Source: Takakia lepidozioides (lineage: Eukaryota > Plantae > Bryophyta). Taken from it: a stretch of 64,000 bases of DNA. The notes under the pieces were generated by a model that had not been told where the DNA came from, did no database searches, and was given only the letters and a program-made list of their open reading frames with translations. Location: the NCBI GenBank assembly GCA_030704615.1, contig CM060731.1, positions 14,074,001-14,138,000 on the forward strand. The letters run 5' to 3'. Each line of letters opens with the position of its first letter. The first letter of the stretch is position 1. Positions 13,501 through 26,330 of this stretch are shown piece by piece. A program made the translations under genes and the position numbers.

Positions 13501-15475
13501 TTAATGAACCTAACCCCTCTCTTCTGGAAAAACAAGAAGCTAAGAAATAGGCAGCTTGGGAATCTAGGGGTATCTCGACAGTCAACAATCTATGGGTCAG
13601 CTCCCCCCCAATCGCTACAGCAAGCTTTAGGGACCACCCGCCTTAGATCCGGGATTGCTCAAATCATCCTCTCCATCCCAGACACCTGGAAACTGATTCT
13701 CAGAGCAGGGCAAGGCGATTTTCATCCTGGTCAATGGGTTATGCACAATCCTCCCTCTCTACAGGTCTTCTACGTTTCCGTGGTTTCTCAGCAGTGGTTC
13801 AAGGGCTTCTGCTTCACAGCGGACGACCTCTCCGGACGTCTTTGTCTTTCTAGTCAGGACCTAGTCACAGTCCCTAATCTCAATTCCACCCTGGTTCATA
13901 TTTGCCAATGGACCTCCCAGGACAAAGTATTCAATCCTACTGCACCCAAAGGTATTAACACCCTTACTTGGCTTAGCAAAGGACCCTTCGTCTTATTTGG
14001 GAATTCTGGCATTTCAACATTGCAACTAGACCCATCAGAATGGAAATAGGCTTTCCAGGAAGAGCTCCACCCCCTGTTCTCATACACTGCAAAGACGGGC
14101 TACAGATGCTCGGTGCAAGCCCTCCTATCTCAAAATGGGAAGGTAGATGGGCTCATGAAAACTTCAATTAGGAGAACTGGAAGGGCATTTGGGCAACCAT
14201 CTGGGATCAGACCAAGCCAGCCAAAATTAGTGCATTCTTATGCAAGTGGCAAACAGGGTTCTCAAGGTGGGCCAGTTTCTGAACTACAAAGATGCGCTCC
14301 TGTGTCACTGCTGCACAAATCAGACAATAGAAACACTAGAACATTGCCTTCTCTACTGTCTGGCACCAGCATCCATCTGGCTGATAGTGCAATGCTTCTA
14401 TAGCTCCTGGGAGGCATTGCAATTTGGATCCATGGCAATCTTACTTAACTATTGCAAAAGCCAAAAATCCAAAGCCACTGACTGCCCTGTCTTTGAGTCT
14501 CTAAGAAGCTCGGTACTTTGGAACATCTGGAAAAGTAGATGTGCATGGGCAATCAACAATGAGAACACCTCTGTGTCAGCAATCTTAACTCTGGTTTTCT
14601 TTGATCTGTTGATTGCTGCTAAAAAGGCGTGGGCCACACTGTGTGCAGAAGCTGCCAAGAAGCCTCAGCGTCTGCCTACCCTCATCTCTGCCTTCCGCGC
14701 CACTTGGGGCAAGGAGGGAATCCTTTGTCGTTGCTTTGATGACCTCACCTGTGTATGGGCAGACAAACTCCCCTGCTGTTGGGAGGGACACAGAGGACTC
14801 CTCTTTGGCCTCCCCGGAATTTGAAAGATCCGAGATCAACTGGAAACATGTCCGTTCGTCTTCTGCAATGCGGCTCCACTTCCATCGATAGCTTCTTGAT
14901 TCATTCTGGCTCGGCTGCCTCTCTCCACCTCCCCTGATCAGCTCCACCGTCCGCCCCGTTCCACTTCACAATCTCCACAAACGTTCCGTTTCGCGCCTAC
15001 CCTACCCTCTCGTCTCCCCATCTATCTCGTTTTCTCCTTATTTTAACCCTAGTCAAGCACTTGTGCAAGTCTCTTTTGGGGCTTCTTCTTCTTGGCATGC
15101 AGAAGGCGAGTTTGCGCTTTTCCAATGCTTGGTCTTGGACTGGAAGATTACTGGCACTTTCTAGTAGTCCTCTAGTCGGCAGTTCGACTCAGTCTATGTC
15201 TTCTGTCAGGGGGGGGTTCTTTTCCAGGGGTTCACACACCCTCCCTAGGGCTCGCAAACCCAATAATAATAGGCAGCACGCCGATAGAGCACTACTTCTT
15301 CTTACGGAATATCCGGGAAGAATCCTCAGTAACGAACTTCAGTTATCTTGCATGGCTCTCATGCGATATGCCTTATGGCAGCCTCGAGGGTTTTAATTTT
15401 TTTCCTCCAATAATTCAGCAATAAAGTTACCAACCAGGGCCAAGTCCCCTGTTTCTTTTAAAAAAAAAAAAAAAA
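7532..15475 (+). mobile_element. Near full-length L1/Tx1-clade non-LTR retrotransposon (inactivated)
   Basis: ORF1 with CCHC knuckle CYYCGKSGHLKAGC (~8980-9025). APE endonuclease from 10845 (SWNIRGL, FLQE, INIYAPN, DFN, RLDRFY). RT motifs KAPGIDG, NYRPITLLN, DFEKAFD, RQGCPLAP, FVDD. zf-RVT (CHCC..ETLEHCLLYC, LWNIWKSR). AATAAA and poly(A) 15460-15475. Possible TSD gatccctac at 7523-7531 and 15476-15484, so the 5' limit is uncertain. Many stops and frameshifts. Confidence 0.92.
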
Positions 15476-15552
15476 GATCCCTACAACTTATTGCGCCGCC
15501 GCCGCACAAGTTTCCCAGCACGTGCGGATTTGGAGACTTAGCGGCCCGCGGG

Positions 15553-15798
15553 CAGTGTGTTTTTATTTCATTGTTCCAGCATTGCGGGCTGGAATTCTAC
15601 CACTGCCCATGTGGCGAGAATAACGAGGTGGCACGGTTAGAAAAGTTTTGCTGTACATACCATGTGGCACGTTTTAAACGGTCCGCGCCTTTTGGCGCAA
15701 TACTCGGACTTTACCACCCGTAAATCATTTGTACAAGAAGCTGACCCATTTTAAAGTCAAAATCTGGCGCGGTTTTTCACCAGAAAAAAGAAACACTG
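15553..15798. mobile_element. MITE with CAGTG...CACTG termini (hAT-like)
   Basis: Imperfect TIR cagtgtgttttt / aaaaaagaaacactg; no clear TSD. Confidence 0.5.
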
Positions 15799-15974
15799 GT
15801 AAGTAGCGGATCACCTTTCCGCGCTGTTGCGAAGCACAAGTGCCAACAGGTTACTTTATATTTTCTATATCATATGTATCATGTTTCTGCCAAACAAGCT
15901 CATGCAGTACTATACCTCTATTTAATTATGTGTCATTCCCACCAAGTTGTAGCCCAGTGGTAATGGGCACATAC

Positions 15975-16320
15975 CAGTGTTGGCCGGATCTACCCCCTTT
16001 TTTCATATAGGCCGGTTCCGGATATTAAAAGCTTTTGGTTTTAGATATCCGCAGGTTCCGGTATTACCAACATGACAAACAGCGGATCCAGGTATGCATC
16101 CAATTATTAAGTTTAGGGCTGAGATCCGCTAGATATTGACGGGTATTGGCCGGATATCTGCCGGGTATAGGATTTCTTTTTGTATTTTCATATCCGCTGG
16201 TTATGCATCTAACCCGGATACTAAAAAAACGTCGGTTCTGGGTCCGGATACAGGTTCCGGGTACATTGATATCCAGGTTGATATCCTGCTATTGATATCC
16301 TGATGACTCTATATCAGCCC
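15975..16320. mobile_element. hAT-like MITE inserted into a tRNA-like SINE head
   Basis: Starts cagtgttggccgg, has many ccggatat/ggtat subterminal motifs, and is flanked by gcacatac/acacatac (7/8 TSD). It splits an A box (tagcccagtgg, ~15950) from a B-box-like gtttcaatcc (~16349). Confidence 0.55.
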
Positions 16321-16409
16321 ACACATACCACCTGGGAAGAGGTTGTGGGTTTCAATCCACCGATTGGTGTCACAAAGGTGTAAATTGTAAATTATGGTGG
16401 ATTAGGTCT

Positions 16410-17441
16410 TGCGCATGCGAGATATCTGTCATTCAGTCACTAAACAACAACTCAAGCTCAAAGTTGCTAGACTTACTCAAACTAGAGCAACACCTTCAGC
16501 AACGGCATTCCTGGTAACTCGTCTTGGTGGAAATGGTTCAAAAAACGGCATCCACATTTATCCCTTCGCATTGCAGAAGGATTGTAAGTGGCTCGAGCTC
16601 TCACCTCAAAACATTGCAAAGAGTTCTATGCCAAGCTACAGCTGTTATACGACAAATACAAGTACCCTCCTTCCCACATCTGGAATTCTGATGAAACAGG
16701 TTGTCAGGCTGGCCGAACATCTGGAGCTACGAAGGTTCTCATTTTGTTTGCAATATCGTACGACAATCAACAGAATGGCTTACCATCAATGCTTCTGTCA
16801 ATGTTGAGGGAGGCAGAATCCCCAACTATTTCATATTCAAAGGAAAAGAGCTCAGTGGATCAAAGATTGTGAACCAGGTGCATGTATGGCAGTATAGAAC
16901 AATGGCTCACATTCTTTCACCACAACATTCCAAGATCTTATCTTACAGAATCGACACTTACTCATACTGGATGGACATGGAAGTCATACTTTGGAAGCTA
17001 TTGAGTTTGCAACAACAATCGGTTTGGACATGATAACTCTACCAGCACACACATCTCATGCATTACAGCCATTGGATGTTGTCTGTTTCAAGCCTTTCAA
17101 AACAGAATTTCCGCAATACTCGTGATGTGGAAATGCTGAAAAGAAATTTCATAGAACGAGACAAAACAACCTTGGCTACATGGGTTGACAAGTCTACACA
17201 AGCTTCTCTCACAACTTCCAACATAAAAGTAGGCTTTCGAACAACAAAAATATGGCCATTAAATCCTCTTGCAACGGAAAAGAAGACTGGACCAGCTAAC
17301 CAATTTGTTGAGGGAGATGAAGCGGATGACATTTGTGAAAGTGCGAGTGAAGCTGATGAGGGTGATGAGCCAACTGAGGCTGATGTCTATGCGATCTGCG
17401 GATCAGGCTGTATCTGCCGCAAGCAACCTTGCATGTGCTAA
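16410..17441 (+). mobile_element. pogo/Fot1-type DDE_1 transposase pseudogene
   Basis: Across frames: WWKWFKKRHP, IWNSDETG, WLTINASVN, LLILDGHGSH, LPAHTSHALQPLDVVCFKPFK; frameshifted. Confidence 0.8.
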
Positions 17442-17769
17442 GGTTAATGAAGATCATAGACATTGCACTATGTGAGGTTCCATATTGGTTTAGATTTTGC
17501 CGTGAGAGCCAAAAGGTTGAATTGCAAGTGCTTGAGTAGATTTAGAATCCTCCATGTTTGGTTATGTAGTTGTAGATTTAAGAACCAAGTCGGTGAAATA
17601 TCAAATCCTGAGATCAACGAGGAGGTCTACGAAGTCGCGGAGAGCAACGATGAGGTCGATATCGACACTGATGAGATTGAGTCTGATAGTGGAAGCCAGT
17701 AGCTACTCGGCACATACGTGAATGCTATATCATTCTCTGTTCTTCGCAATTTGAGTTTTATTTGTTTCA

Positions 17770-19200
17770 CTTTATGGCTCCCAAAGTTCAACTGAACAAT
17801 GAACAACGGAGAGAGATCTTGTTGTACCATCAAGAATAGTCTACAGAGAGTAAAGTTATGAGCAACAAGGCTTTGAGTGCATGGGCTTCAGAGAAGTTTC
17901 AGTTTACAATATCGAAAATGACCATTGGTAGGCTTTTGAAGAAGAAACTTGAGTACCTTAATCCCGTAAAATCTCTTTCCAAGAGAGTAAGAAAGGCTCT
18001 CTCCCCACGTGTCGAGGAAGCTACTTTATCTTGGTTTAGTCTTATGTAGGAAAGAGCTGCCACCATCACATACGCTTTAATATGTGAGGCTGTCAAACGC
18101 TTTTACTACATAGAACGTCGAGAAGGTGACCGACTCTTGATGTTTTCACATGGATGGCTTCAAAGGTTCAAGAGGAGATTTGCCTTTCGTGGTTACACAA
18201 GGCACGGAGAAGCTGCCTCCGGAAGCAGAGGCACAAATCAGTGTGGTAAGTGGACAAGTTTCTGAATATGCTCCAAGTGATGTCTTTAATAAGGATGAGA
18301 CGGGTTTTTTTTTATAGGCTAGAGCCAAACAAGACTCTTGCAACCAGACGATTGAGTGGGAAAAAACAGTTGAAGGAACGCATCACTGTCGCCTTGACGT
18401 CAAATGTTGATGGAAGTATTAAACTTCCTCCTTTTGTCATCAACAAGTCAGCCAAGCCCCATGCTTTCACTCGCAGAAATATCACCCGACCTTCAAACCT
18501 TGGCATATTGTGGGCCAACAACAAGAAGGCATGGATGACCATTTTATTGTTTTGAAAAATTCTTGCTTGACTTTGAGAGGAGGATGCGACTCGCTGGAAA
18601 AGAGAAAGTGCTCCTGTTTTTTGATAACTTCTTTGGACCTAAGGTGGTCAATATTTCTGAGCATCTACATATCACCACCATTGTTATGTTGCATCCTAAT
18701 ACCACAAGTGGCGGCCCATGGATGCAGGCATCATCAAAAGTTTCAAGGCTCAGTATAAGAGGCTTTTCATAAATCACCAAATTGAGGCTTTGATGGATAA
18801 CATGGACCCCTCTATTGATGTTTATCAAGCCGTGATAATGCTTGAGAAAGCATGGTGTGAATTTGTAACTTGTGACACAATTAGGCATTGCTGGAGGCAT
18901 TGTGGTCTATTTTCCTTACCCAATTTGAATGGCGATGAGAGTAGTCTTTCCCCTGTACATGGTCCCCAGGTTGAGCTTCCAGAGATTAATCGGTTATTAG
19001 AACAGTTTGTGGAGCTCTCGGTCCATCATTGACTCACCTACTACAACTCCTACTATAGATGATCTGGAATATCTTGAGCTTGAATATCAATTCAATTTGA
19101 CTGAGCCATTTGAGCCGATAGATGAGGAAATATGGGATATGGTCACACCAAGTAAAGAAATCCATGAGGTTAACAATTATCTAGGTTTGACTGGATGCGA
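17770..19200 (+). mobile_element. Tigger/CENP-B-like pogo transposase pseudogene
   Basis: HTH region (ALSAWASEKF..TIGRLLK), VFNKDETGFFYRLEPNKTLA, KERITVAL, KKAWMT, VLLFFDNF, PMDAGIIKSFKAQYK; stops and frameshifts. Confidence 0.85.
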
Positions 19201-21670
19201 CCGAGGCTGCATCTGATATGGTTCATAGGCCTTTCATGGGCATGTTATTATCGGATACATGCACATGTAATTTGGGTACTTCACACCATCTTCATGTTTT
19301 ACATACTTATTCACTTTGATCTTGTACTACATTAGTTCATAGCAGTCGGAGGTTAAAACAAAATGTCGGAAACTGCATCATAGAAGTAATTTCAAGCAAA
19401 AAAAATCATTTTGCATACCTATAGTATGACATGTGTTACATAAGATCATTGTATAAATATTTATGTAGTCGAGATTCTGGAGTCTTCACACCTTCCTCTT
19501 TGTTGCAGGCCCGTTGCATAGTCTTGCCCTAAGCCCTCCTCTTCCTCGCGCTCTTCCTCTCTTGCACTCTCTCTTGGCTGTAGCTCCTTGCTACATTTGC
19601 TACATCTCTCATGCCATCTATCCTGAAATCCAACTCCCCAACTATGTCTGTGGTTGGAGAGTAATCTCTTGTTATGGTTTTAAGTCTTCAAGACTGCATG
19701 AGGCTGGACCAAGCCAAACAAATTCTATGTCCAAGCCTTAGCTAAGTGTGTCAATCATATATTTTCCCCTTGATTAAAGCAAATGTACTGCACTCAAATT
19801 CTACTTTAGTTTGCCACCTGAAGGAGCCTAATTGGCACTCTCTGGAAGCTTAACAGTGATGGAACTGTTGAGATGTAAAACTTCAGAATCTACTATTTGA
19901 GCCACAAATGCAGTGGGTCAGCAATAAATCCAGATTGCCTTGGATATGATGCAGCAGTTTGAGGCCTTGGATCACCACATGAAGCTTCCCAATGGCACCC
20001 TGCTTGGAGCCTCGTCCCATCACCTCCAACTCTGCTGTAGCATGCCCCTTGTCTCGTCCTCTTGCAGCGCTTCCCATAAATTAACCTTCACCAGACAGTT
20101 GATCTTAGTTAACCACAATTGGCCACCCAACACGGATGATTGGATAAAAACAGCAGTACCAATGGTGAGAACCCTGACAATGTGTGTACCCTATGGCGTA
20201 CAGATTGTTGCCAGGCTTTTCCAAAAGCAACAGCAGTTTATAATGCTAGTGGCTCTACTTAAGTTAAAACACTCCAACATATCAAACTAGTTTCCATGCA
20301 GTTTGACATTATAAAAATGGGGTAAGGCCTGCCTAATGTAGCCCCGAAGAAAAGTTGAGTTTCCAAGTGCGTGGCTCACCTGGCAGAAGCCAACATTGAG
20401 GTGCTGATTAGGCTGCTCAGCTTCACCCATAATCTGGAAGGAGATGCATGCCGTCTGCTCCGATTGTAGCAACCTTTTTGTTGCCTCTTGTGCATTGATG
20501 CATCCAGAGAGAATCCTGCAGTCATACAAACTGACGTGTTGAGTAGGCCATAATGTTAACTTGAATCAAAACTCACTACTGTATTCTGATACCTACCAAC
20601 AGCATGAATCAGGACATGCTCGCTTCCTAAGTACACATTGAGGTCTGCTTCAATTGGCCACATTTGTCTCCAATTTTGCTGGATCTGCAAGGGCCCCTCA
20701 GGCAGTTTTATTTTGTCTAACCCACCCAATGATATACAAAACCATAGGCAATGTGAGCACCAACACCAAAGATGGTTACTCCATCTCTGATCTAATATTT
20801 GAAAGAAATCTGACAGGGTGAATACCAAGTGTTAATAAGTAGTAGAGAGTGGTTTGGTCATTGGGCACTGATGGTGTCCGTTGGTCAGATGGGTTACAGA
20901 AATCAGGCAAAAAGTCAAAGAGGACATAGACGCGCTTCACATCACTTAAAATCAGAGGCCCCAGCTCCAGGCTGCGGATGGTTATTATGATATGGTTGCG
21001 TGGGGATGGAAGAGCTAGATTTGTTGGCTCCACTGCAATATTCTTTTTCACATCCCCTGGCTTTCTGGCGTTTGATGTCTTCCTTCTAGTACTTCTCCTG
21101 AGGGTCTGGTTGCCAATCTGTATCAGAAATTCCACATGGAAAGTATGAGAGTTCTTGAGGGTTCTTGAGGGGGAAATTGAAACAGACAGCAACAAAGGAA
21201 GGTTAAGATGTAGGATTCATTGTGCTCTATAATACTGTATGGTCTATGGAGAGGACTTCTTTTGGCAGAAGCTGAAAGCAACGTAATATCTTCATTCCTT
21301 ATTTTACAGTGTGGCATGTCTTAAGAGACTCGAAAAGCTGAGGATACAGTGTCCTCTCTTTATAAGTCTTAACTAGGGAGGACAGCTTAAACATTCAGTA
21401 TACTCTCTATGCAAGTGTGGAGAGATGAAGATAATGTGCTTCGTTGAGTGGTTTTATTGCAGCCCTCTGTAGTGCGAGGAGCATGTTCGTAAACCCTAGA
21501 CCTTTAATTCTTACTGCACTTAATATAAGGCCCTTACGTCTTTCAACAACTGAGGGCTTCCTGAACCATCAGGGCTGTAGATATCAGGACTGGAAGTGAA
21601 GGAAGGGGTCCCTGGAGTGGAAGCTGTGGTCTTAAAGAGGGGGACCGGTATTCTTGAACGTTCTCTCTCT

Positions 21671-22306
21671 CTGCAGGTTTCAGGAACTCCTACGTAACGG
21701 ACTTTCTACTGCTTTCTGAATCCAGATGAGGTGGACATCACATCCAGACATGACCGCAACAGACTCATTAGGAGAGAGCTTATGGAATTACATGTCAAGA
21801 GAACTTGGAAGCTACCCAATCTCACGACAAAGCTCCACTTCTATCGAGAGACATTCTTGGTGCTCCGCGATGATAGAATCTTGAGATCAAATTACCTTTC
21901 AGCATCCTTATCTCCTTCCCTCCTGAGGGCATTGGGGCGGTTCAGGTGGGTTCCCACAACCTACGGATAGAGACTGGCAGATGGGAAAACCTGCAACGGG
22001 AGGACCGCCTATGTCCAGCTTGCATAGGGCGCAGCAAGGAAATTGAAACTGAAGAACACTTCTTCTTCTACTGCCCTCTGTACTACGAGATCCGTGGGAG
22101 ATTCCACTGTTTATCCAAACTCTCACTGATGTCTTCCACTATGAGGATCAAAAATGCTTGGCAGCCTACCTGCACGAGGCCTTCACCCTTAGACAATCGC
22201 TAGAACATTAATTGTGGTTTCTGGATTTGTTCCTCTCATGTTTTCTTCCATTTTGTCCCATAAGCTCTATGAGCTTTCCGTGGACGTTATAAAGCACCAT
22301 TTCATT
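21671..22306 (+). mobile_element. 5'-truncated RTEX-like LINE copy
   Basis: Encodes HNLRIETGRW..DRLCPAC..ETEEHFFFYCPLY, ends in a (CATTT)n tail, TSD tctctct (21664-21670 / 22307-22313). Confidence 0.85.
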
Positions 22307-23644
22307 TCTCTCTACCTTCTGCATCCCCTCATCCTTGCCCTCGAATCTATTCTCTGTTCCGCTCCAATGCATGGGAGTATGCACCAATATTGCTCCATGG
22401 CACCAAGCAAAAATAATCTGTCATCCTTGCGGCACTTCAAATGTTTTACTATTGTAAACTTTTGCAGGGTTAATCAGATGGTAACTATCAACTACATGAC
22501 TATGTTGATCTGGTAGAGCACTTTCTCACAGAGCAATGTGTGTCCATTAGGCAGTAGTATTTTGTAAGACAATCATCGCAGCCTAGACATTGAACTTATT
22601 CATGTGGGCTTGCAATGGGAGTGTCGGAAGGTGTGCAGGGTGGGAAAGAGAGTAAGATTGTGCACATATGCTGCTAACGGGGGAAGGGACCTTGCAGCAC
22701 TACTAATCTGAGTTCTTGGTGGTACTTTTGAAGGACCCAGCTGATAGGACTAGAGATTCAGTGAAATCGCCCACTAGAACAAATTCCTTGTTCAACTTAT
22801 GAATTCAAATTATGCCTTGAGTTAAATACATAACATTTTAGTTGTACAAAAGTGTTATTTTCTCCTCTCAGCAAAAGGGAAGAAATCCTCATAGAAAATA
22901 TTTCCCTTAAGTATGACCCTCGTAGGAATAGAAACACTTTGAACCTGCTGTGGGACTATTAACAGTCACCTTGCCCGTGAACCTCAGTTCACAGGTTCAC
23001 TTATACTATGTGCACACGAAAAATTCAACCATGAGAGGTAATCCAGAGATCTCTTGAGCTTGGGATGCTCCTCACTGTTTGTTTGGATACTTGCAGAATG
23101 TACTCATAAGACGACGTTTGTCGTAGCCTTGTGGCCATTGACCCCGCGCCCATTTGAGCGAGACTTGGAGGATATTTACAGAGAGAAATAGAAAGAAACT
23201 GGAGAGCCCGGTAGAGATAGTGCACATAGGCATCTCTTCAGAGTGATGAAAATGAGGGAGTAACAGATAGAGGAGTCTTGGAAAAAAGGGAGAAAAGCCT
23301 TTGACATCTGGCTGGGTTTGCATCTGTCCACCCTGATGGTGCAGCTTCTTCCTCAGGTCCTCCAGCTCCTGCCAGCTCGATGTCCCAACATGAACACTCT
23401 TTTGTGTATATAACTAACTCTCTTTTTGGACATGGAATTGGCAGGGCTTACTGCAATTTCACTAGGAACTCTCTATTTGATTATGTATTCTGTTTCATGT
23501 CCATAACTGCATTTGTTGCTCTCTTTCTCGATCTTCAACACCTTACCATAGTCCTCTCTTTTGTTGAGGGCCTCACTTTTTTTCTTTTCTCCTGTTTTCT
23601 GTTGACCCATAAGCTCTAGTTTGAGGACATTATAAAGTAGTGAA

Positions 23645-26330
23645 ATCACAAGTTATGGTCACCATCTACTCAAATTTTGTGAGATTCAAGGGCTTGTCAT
23701 CTACAATGGCACTACCAATTACAAATCCTCCAGTCAGTTCACCTGCCACACGTACAAGGGACAGAGCGTAGTCGACTATCTCTTGGGGTGCCCCAACACA
23801 ACTGATAGGGTCAGCTCTTTTTACATTACGAGGTAACCGGATAATGATCACTCTTGCCTTTCCTTTGCATTTCCTTTGCATTTCCATCCATCTCTTACCC
23901 CATGAGGGACTCCTTCGCTTCTCTCCTTTCACTTTAATACTCCCTTCACTCACTTACACCAATATGAAACATGCCTAGCGTCAATCCTCCCCTCCATCAT
24001 GAATCTACCATCCACTAATGACAAAGCTTCCTATCTTACTCCCGCTCTTTGGGACTCAGCCCTGCGATCCTTCCCAGTCACCCTCCCATCTACCTCCTCA
24101 TCTTTCTCCACTCGTAGATATGCACCCTTCTATATTGACGAAGAATGCAAAGTTGCTAGACGTCACATCAAATCTTTGCTCCTTGATATCCATTCTTCTC
24201 CAGATTCCAAAAACCTAGCTCTCAAGCACTATAAGTCCCTCATTAGATCCAAAAAGAGAGCCTACACTTTCAAGCTGCAATCTACTTTCCTTGCAAAAGT
24301 CAGGCTGTCTCCTCGTTCCTTTTGGTCCCTCCTTAAGCCTCACAGAGACCCACCCCCAACCACTGACATCCACATCTGGCATGAGTATGCTCAGTCATTG
24401 TATCACTCCCCAAACCAATCTCCCTTTCCCATAGCCTCCAAACCCCTACACTTCTCTCTCTTCACTACAGCCAATATCAGCAAGGCAGTCAAGAAGTTGC
24501 AAAATGGCAGGGCATTGGACATATCAGGGCTACAAAATGAATTCATCAAGCACGCGGCAACAACTTTGGCCCAATTTATAACATACCTCTTCAATGAAGC
24601 ACATGGCTTTCTAACAGAGTGGACAAAGAGCATCATCCACCCCCTCTTCAAGAGCGGTGACAAGCTCGCACCGATCACCAACTATCGCACAATTATGGTG
24701 TCTTCGTTACTGGCTAAACTGTTTGGGGCAGTAGTGGCAATGGAACTGGATGATTGGGCTGAATCCTCTCAAATGCGTACTATAAATGCTTGCTTCGTAG
24801 ACTTTCAAAAGGCTTTTGACCTTTTGATTCGGTTCCTCGAGACCTTCTTTTCCAACGGCTCCATAGGGTGGGAGTCCCTCAGGACATCCTATGCCATCTG
24901 TTCCATGCATGAGATTGTCATTGGCATGGTCAACGTCGCGGGGGAATTCTCAGCAGAGGTGCATAGCAACATTGGGGTCAAACAGGGCTGCCCCCTCTCA
25001 CCTACCCTTTTCAGGATCTACATTGACGCTTTGGAAGGTTGCATCTCAAAAAACCATGGAGTCAGATCTCCTCTACACTGATGATGTTGCCCTCTTGGCA
25101 CAATCTCATGTCTTCCTGCAACGCCATCTTCACATCCTGGAAGAGTTCTCCAAAGACTATGGGCTGCAAGTCAATCTTAGCAAAACCAAGATCATGGTTT
25201 TCAATGGCCAAGCATACCACAGATACACTGGTTATCCAAATTCCAGTTTGCATCAACTGCCCTGGACAGATCGACAAAGGGCAAGGCAGCCTCCATCTCC
25301 CTTCAGGTCAAATGCAAACAGATACATCTGCGCCAACCCCCAAAAGTGGCTATTGACAGCGTTGTCACCCCGGCCGCCACTTCTGGTTGTGAATTCTAGG
25401 CACCTGGTGTCCCAGTTTCCTGGTGGGAAAAAAATCTGGAACCATTGCAGTCATCTTTTCTCCAAGCAATGCTTGGCGCCTGAGGCACAACTCCATCTCA
25501 CATCCTATGTGCAGAGTTTGCATGCGTGCCACTTCAAACCGAGGCCCTCTTCCGGCTTACAATCTTTCTTAATAGGTTACAAGCCCTTCCACCCAAGGGG
25601 CTCGTGGCAAGAGCCCTCGCAGCATCTACTAGGCTCAAAACAGCAGGTTTCAAGCACTCCTGGTATGCTCGAGTATGCAGTTTTTTTGAGGGCAATGGAC
25701 TCTCTATTGCTTCACTATTGCCAGAGAATCCAGAAGGATGGAAATCTCATCTAAACATGATTGCAACAAACTCATTAGAAGGGAACTTACGGAACTACAT
25801 GTCAGGAGAACTTGGAAGCTACCCTATCTCACAACAAAGCTCCATTTCTCTCGAGAGACATTCTTGGTTTGCTGTGATGATAGAATCCTGCGGCCCAATT
25901 ACCTTTTGGCGCCGTTTTCCCCTTCCCTCCTGAGGGTATTGGGGCGGTCAGGGTGGGCTCCCACAATCTACGGATAGAGACTGGCAAATGGGAAAACCTG
26001 CAATGGGAGGACCGCCTATATTGCCCAGCTTGCACCAGGCGCAACCAGGAAATCGAAACTGAAGAACACTTCTTCTTTTATTGCCCCGTATACTATGAGA
26101 TCCGTGGGAGATTCCACTGTCTATTCCGTGGAACTCAATCTCTCACTGAAGTCTTCCACTAGGAGGATAAAAAATCTTGGCAGCTTACCTGCACGAGGCC
26201 TGACCCTTAGACATTCCTTTGAGCGGTAGTTTCTTTTGGGCTGTTTGTTTCCTCTCTCATGTTTTTTCCATTTTGTCCCATAAGCTCTTTGAGCTTTCCG
26301 CGGACGTTATAAAGTACCATTTCATTTCAT
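23645..26330 (+). mobile_element. RTEX-like LINE (partial APE + RT + C-terminal Zn motif), degraded, in an RPGRIP1L intron
   Basis: GHHLLKFC..FTCHTYKGQSVVDYLL (APE end); NYRTIMVSS, FVDFQKAFD, GVKQGCPLSPTLF, LLYTDD (RT); HNLRIETGKW; (CATTT)n tail. Confidence 0.88.
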
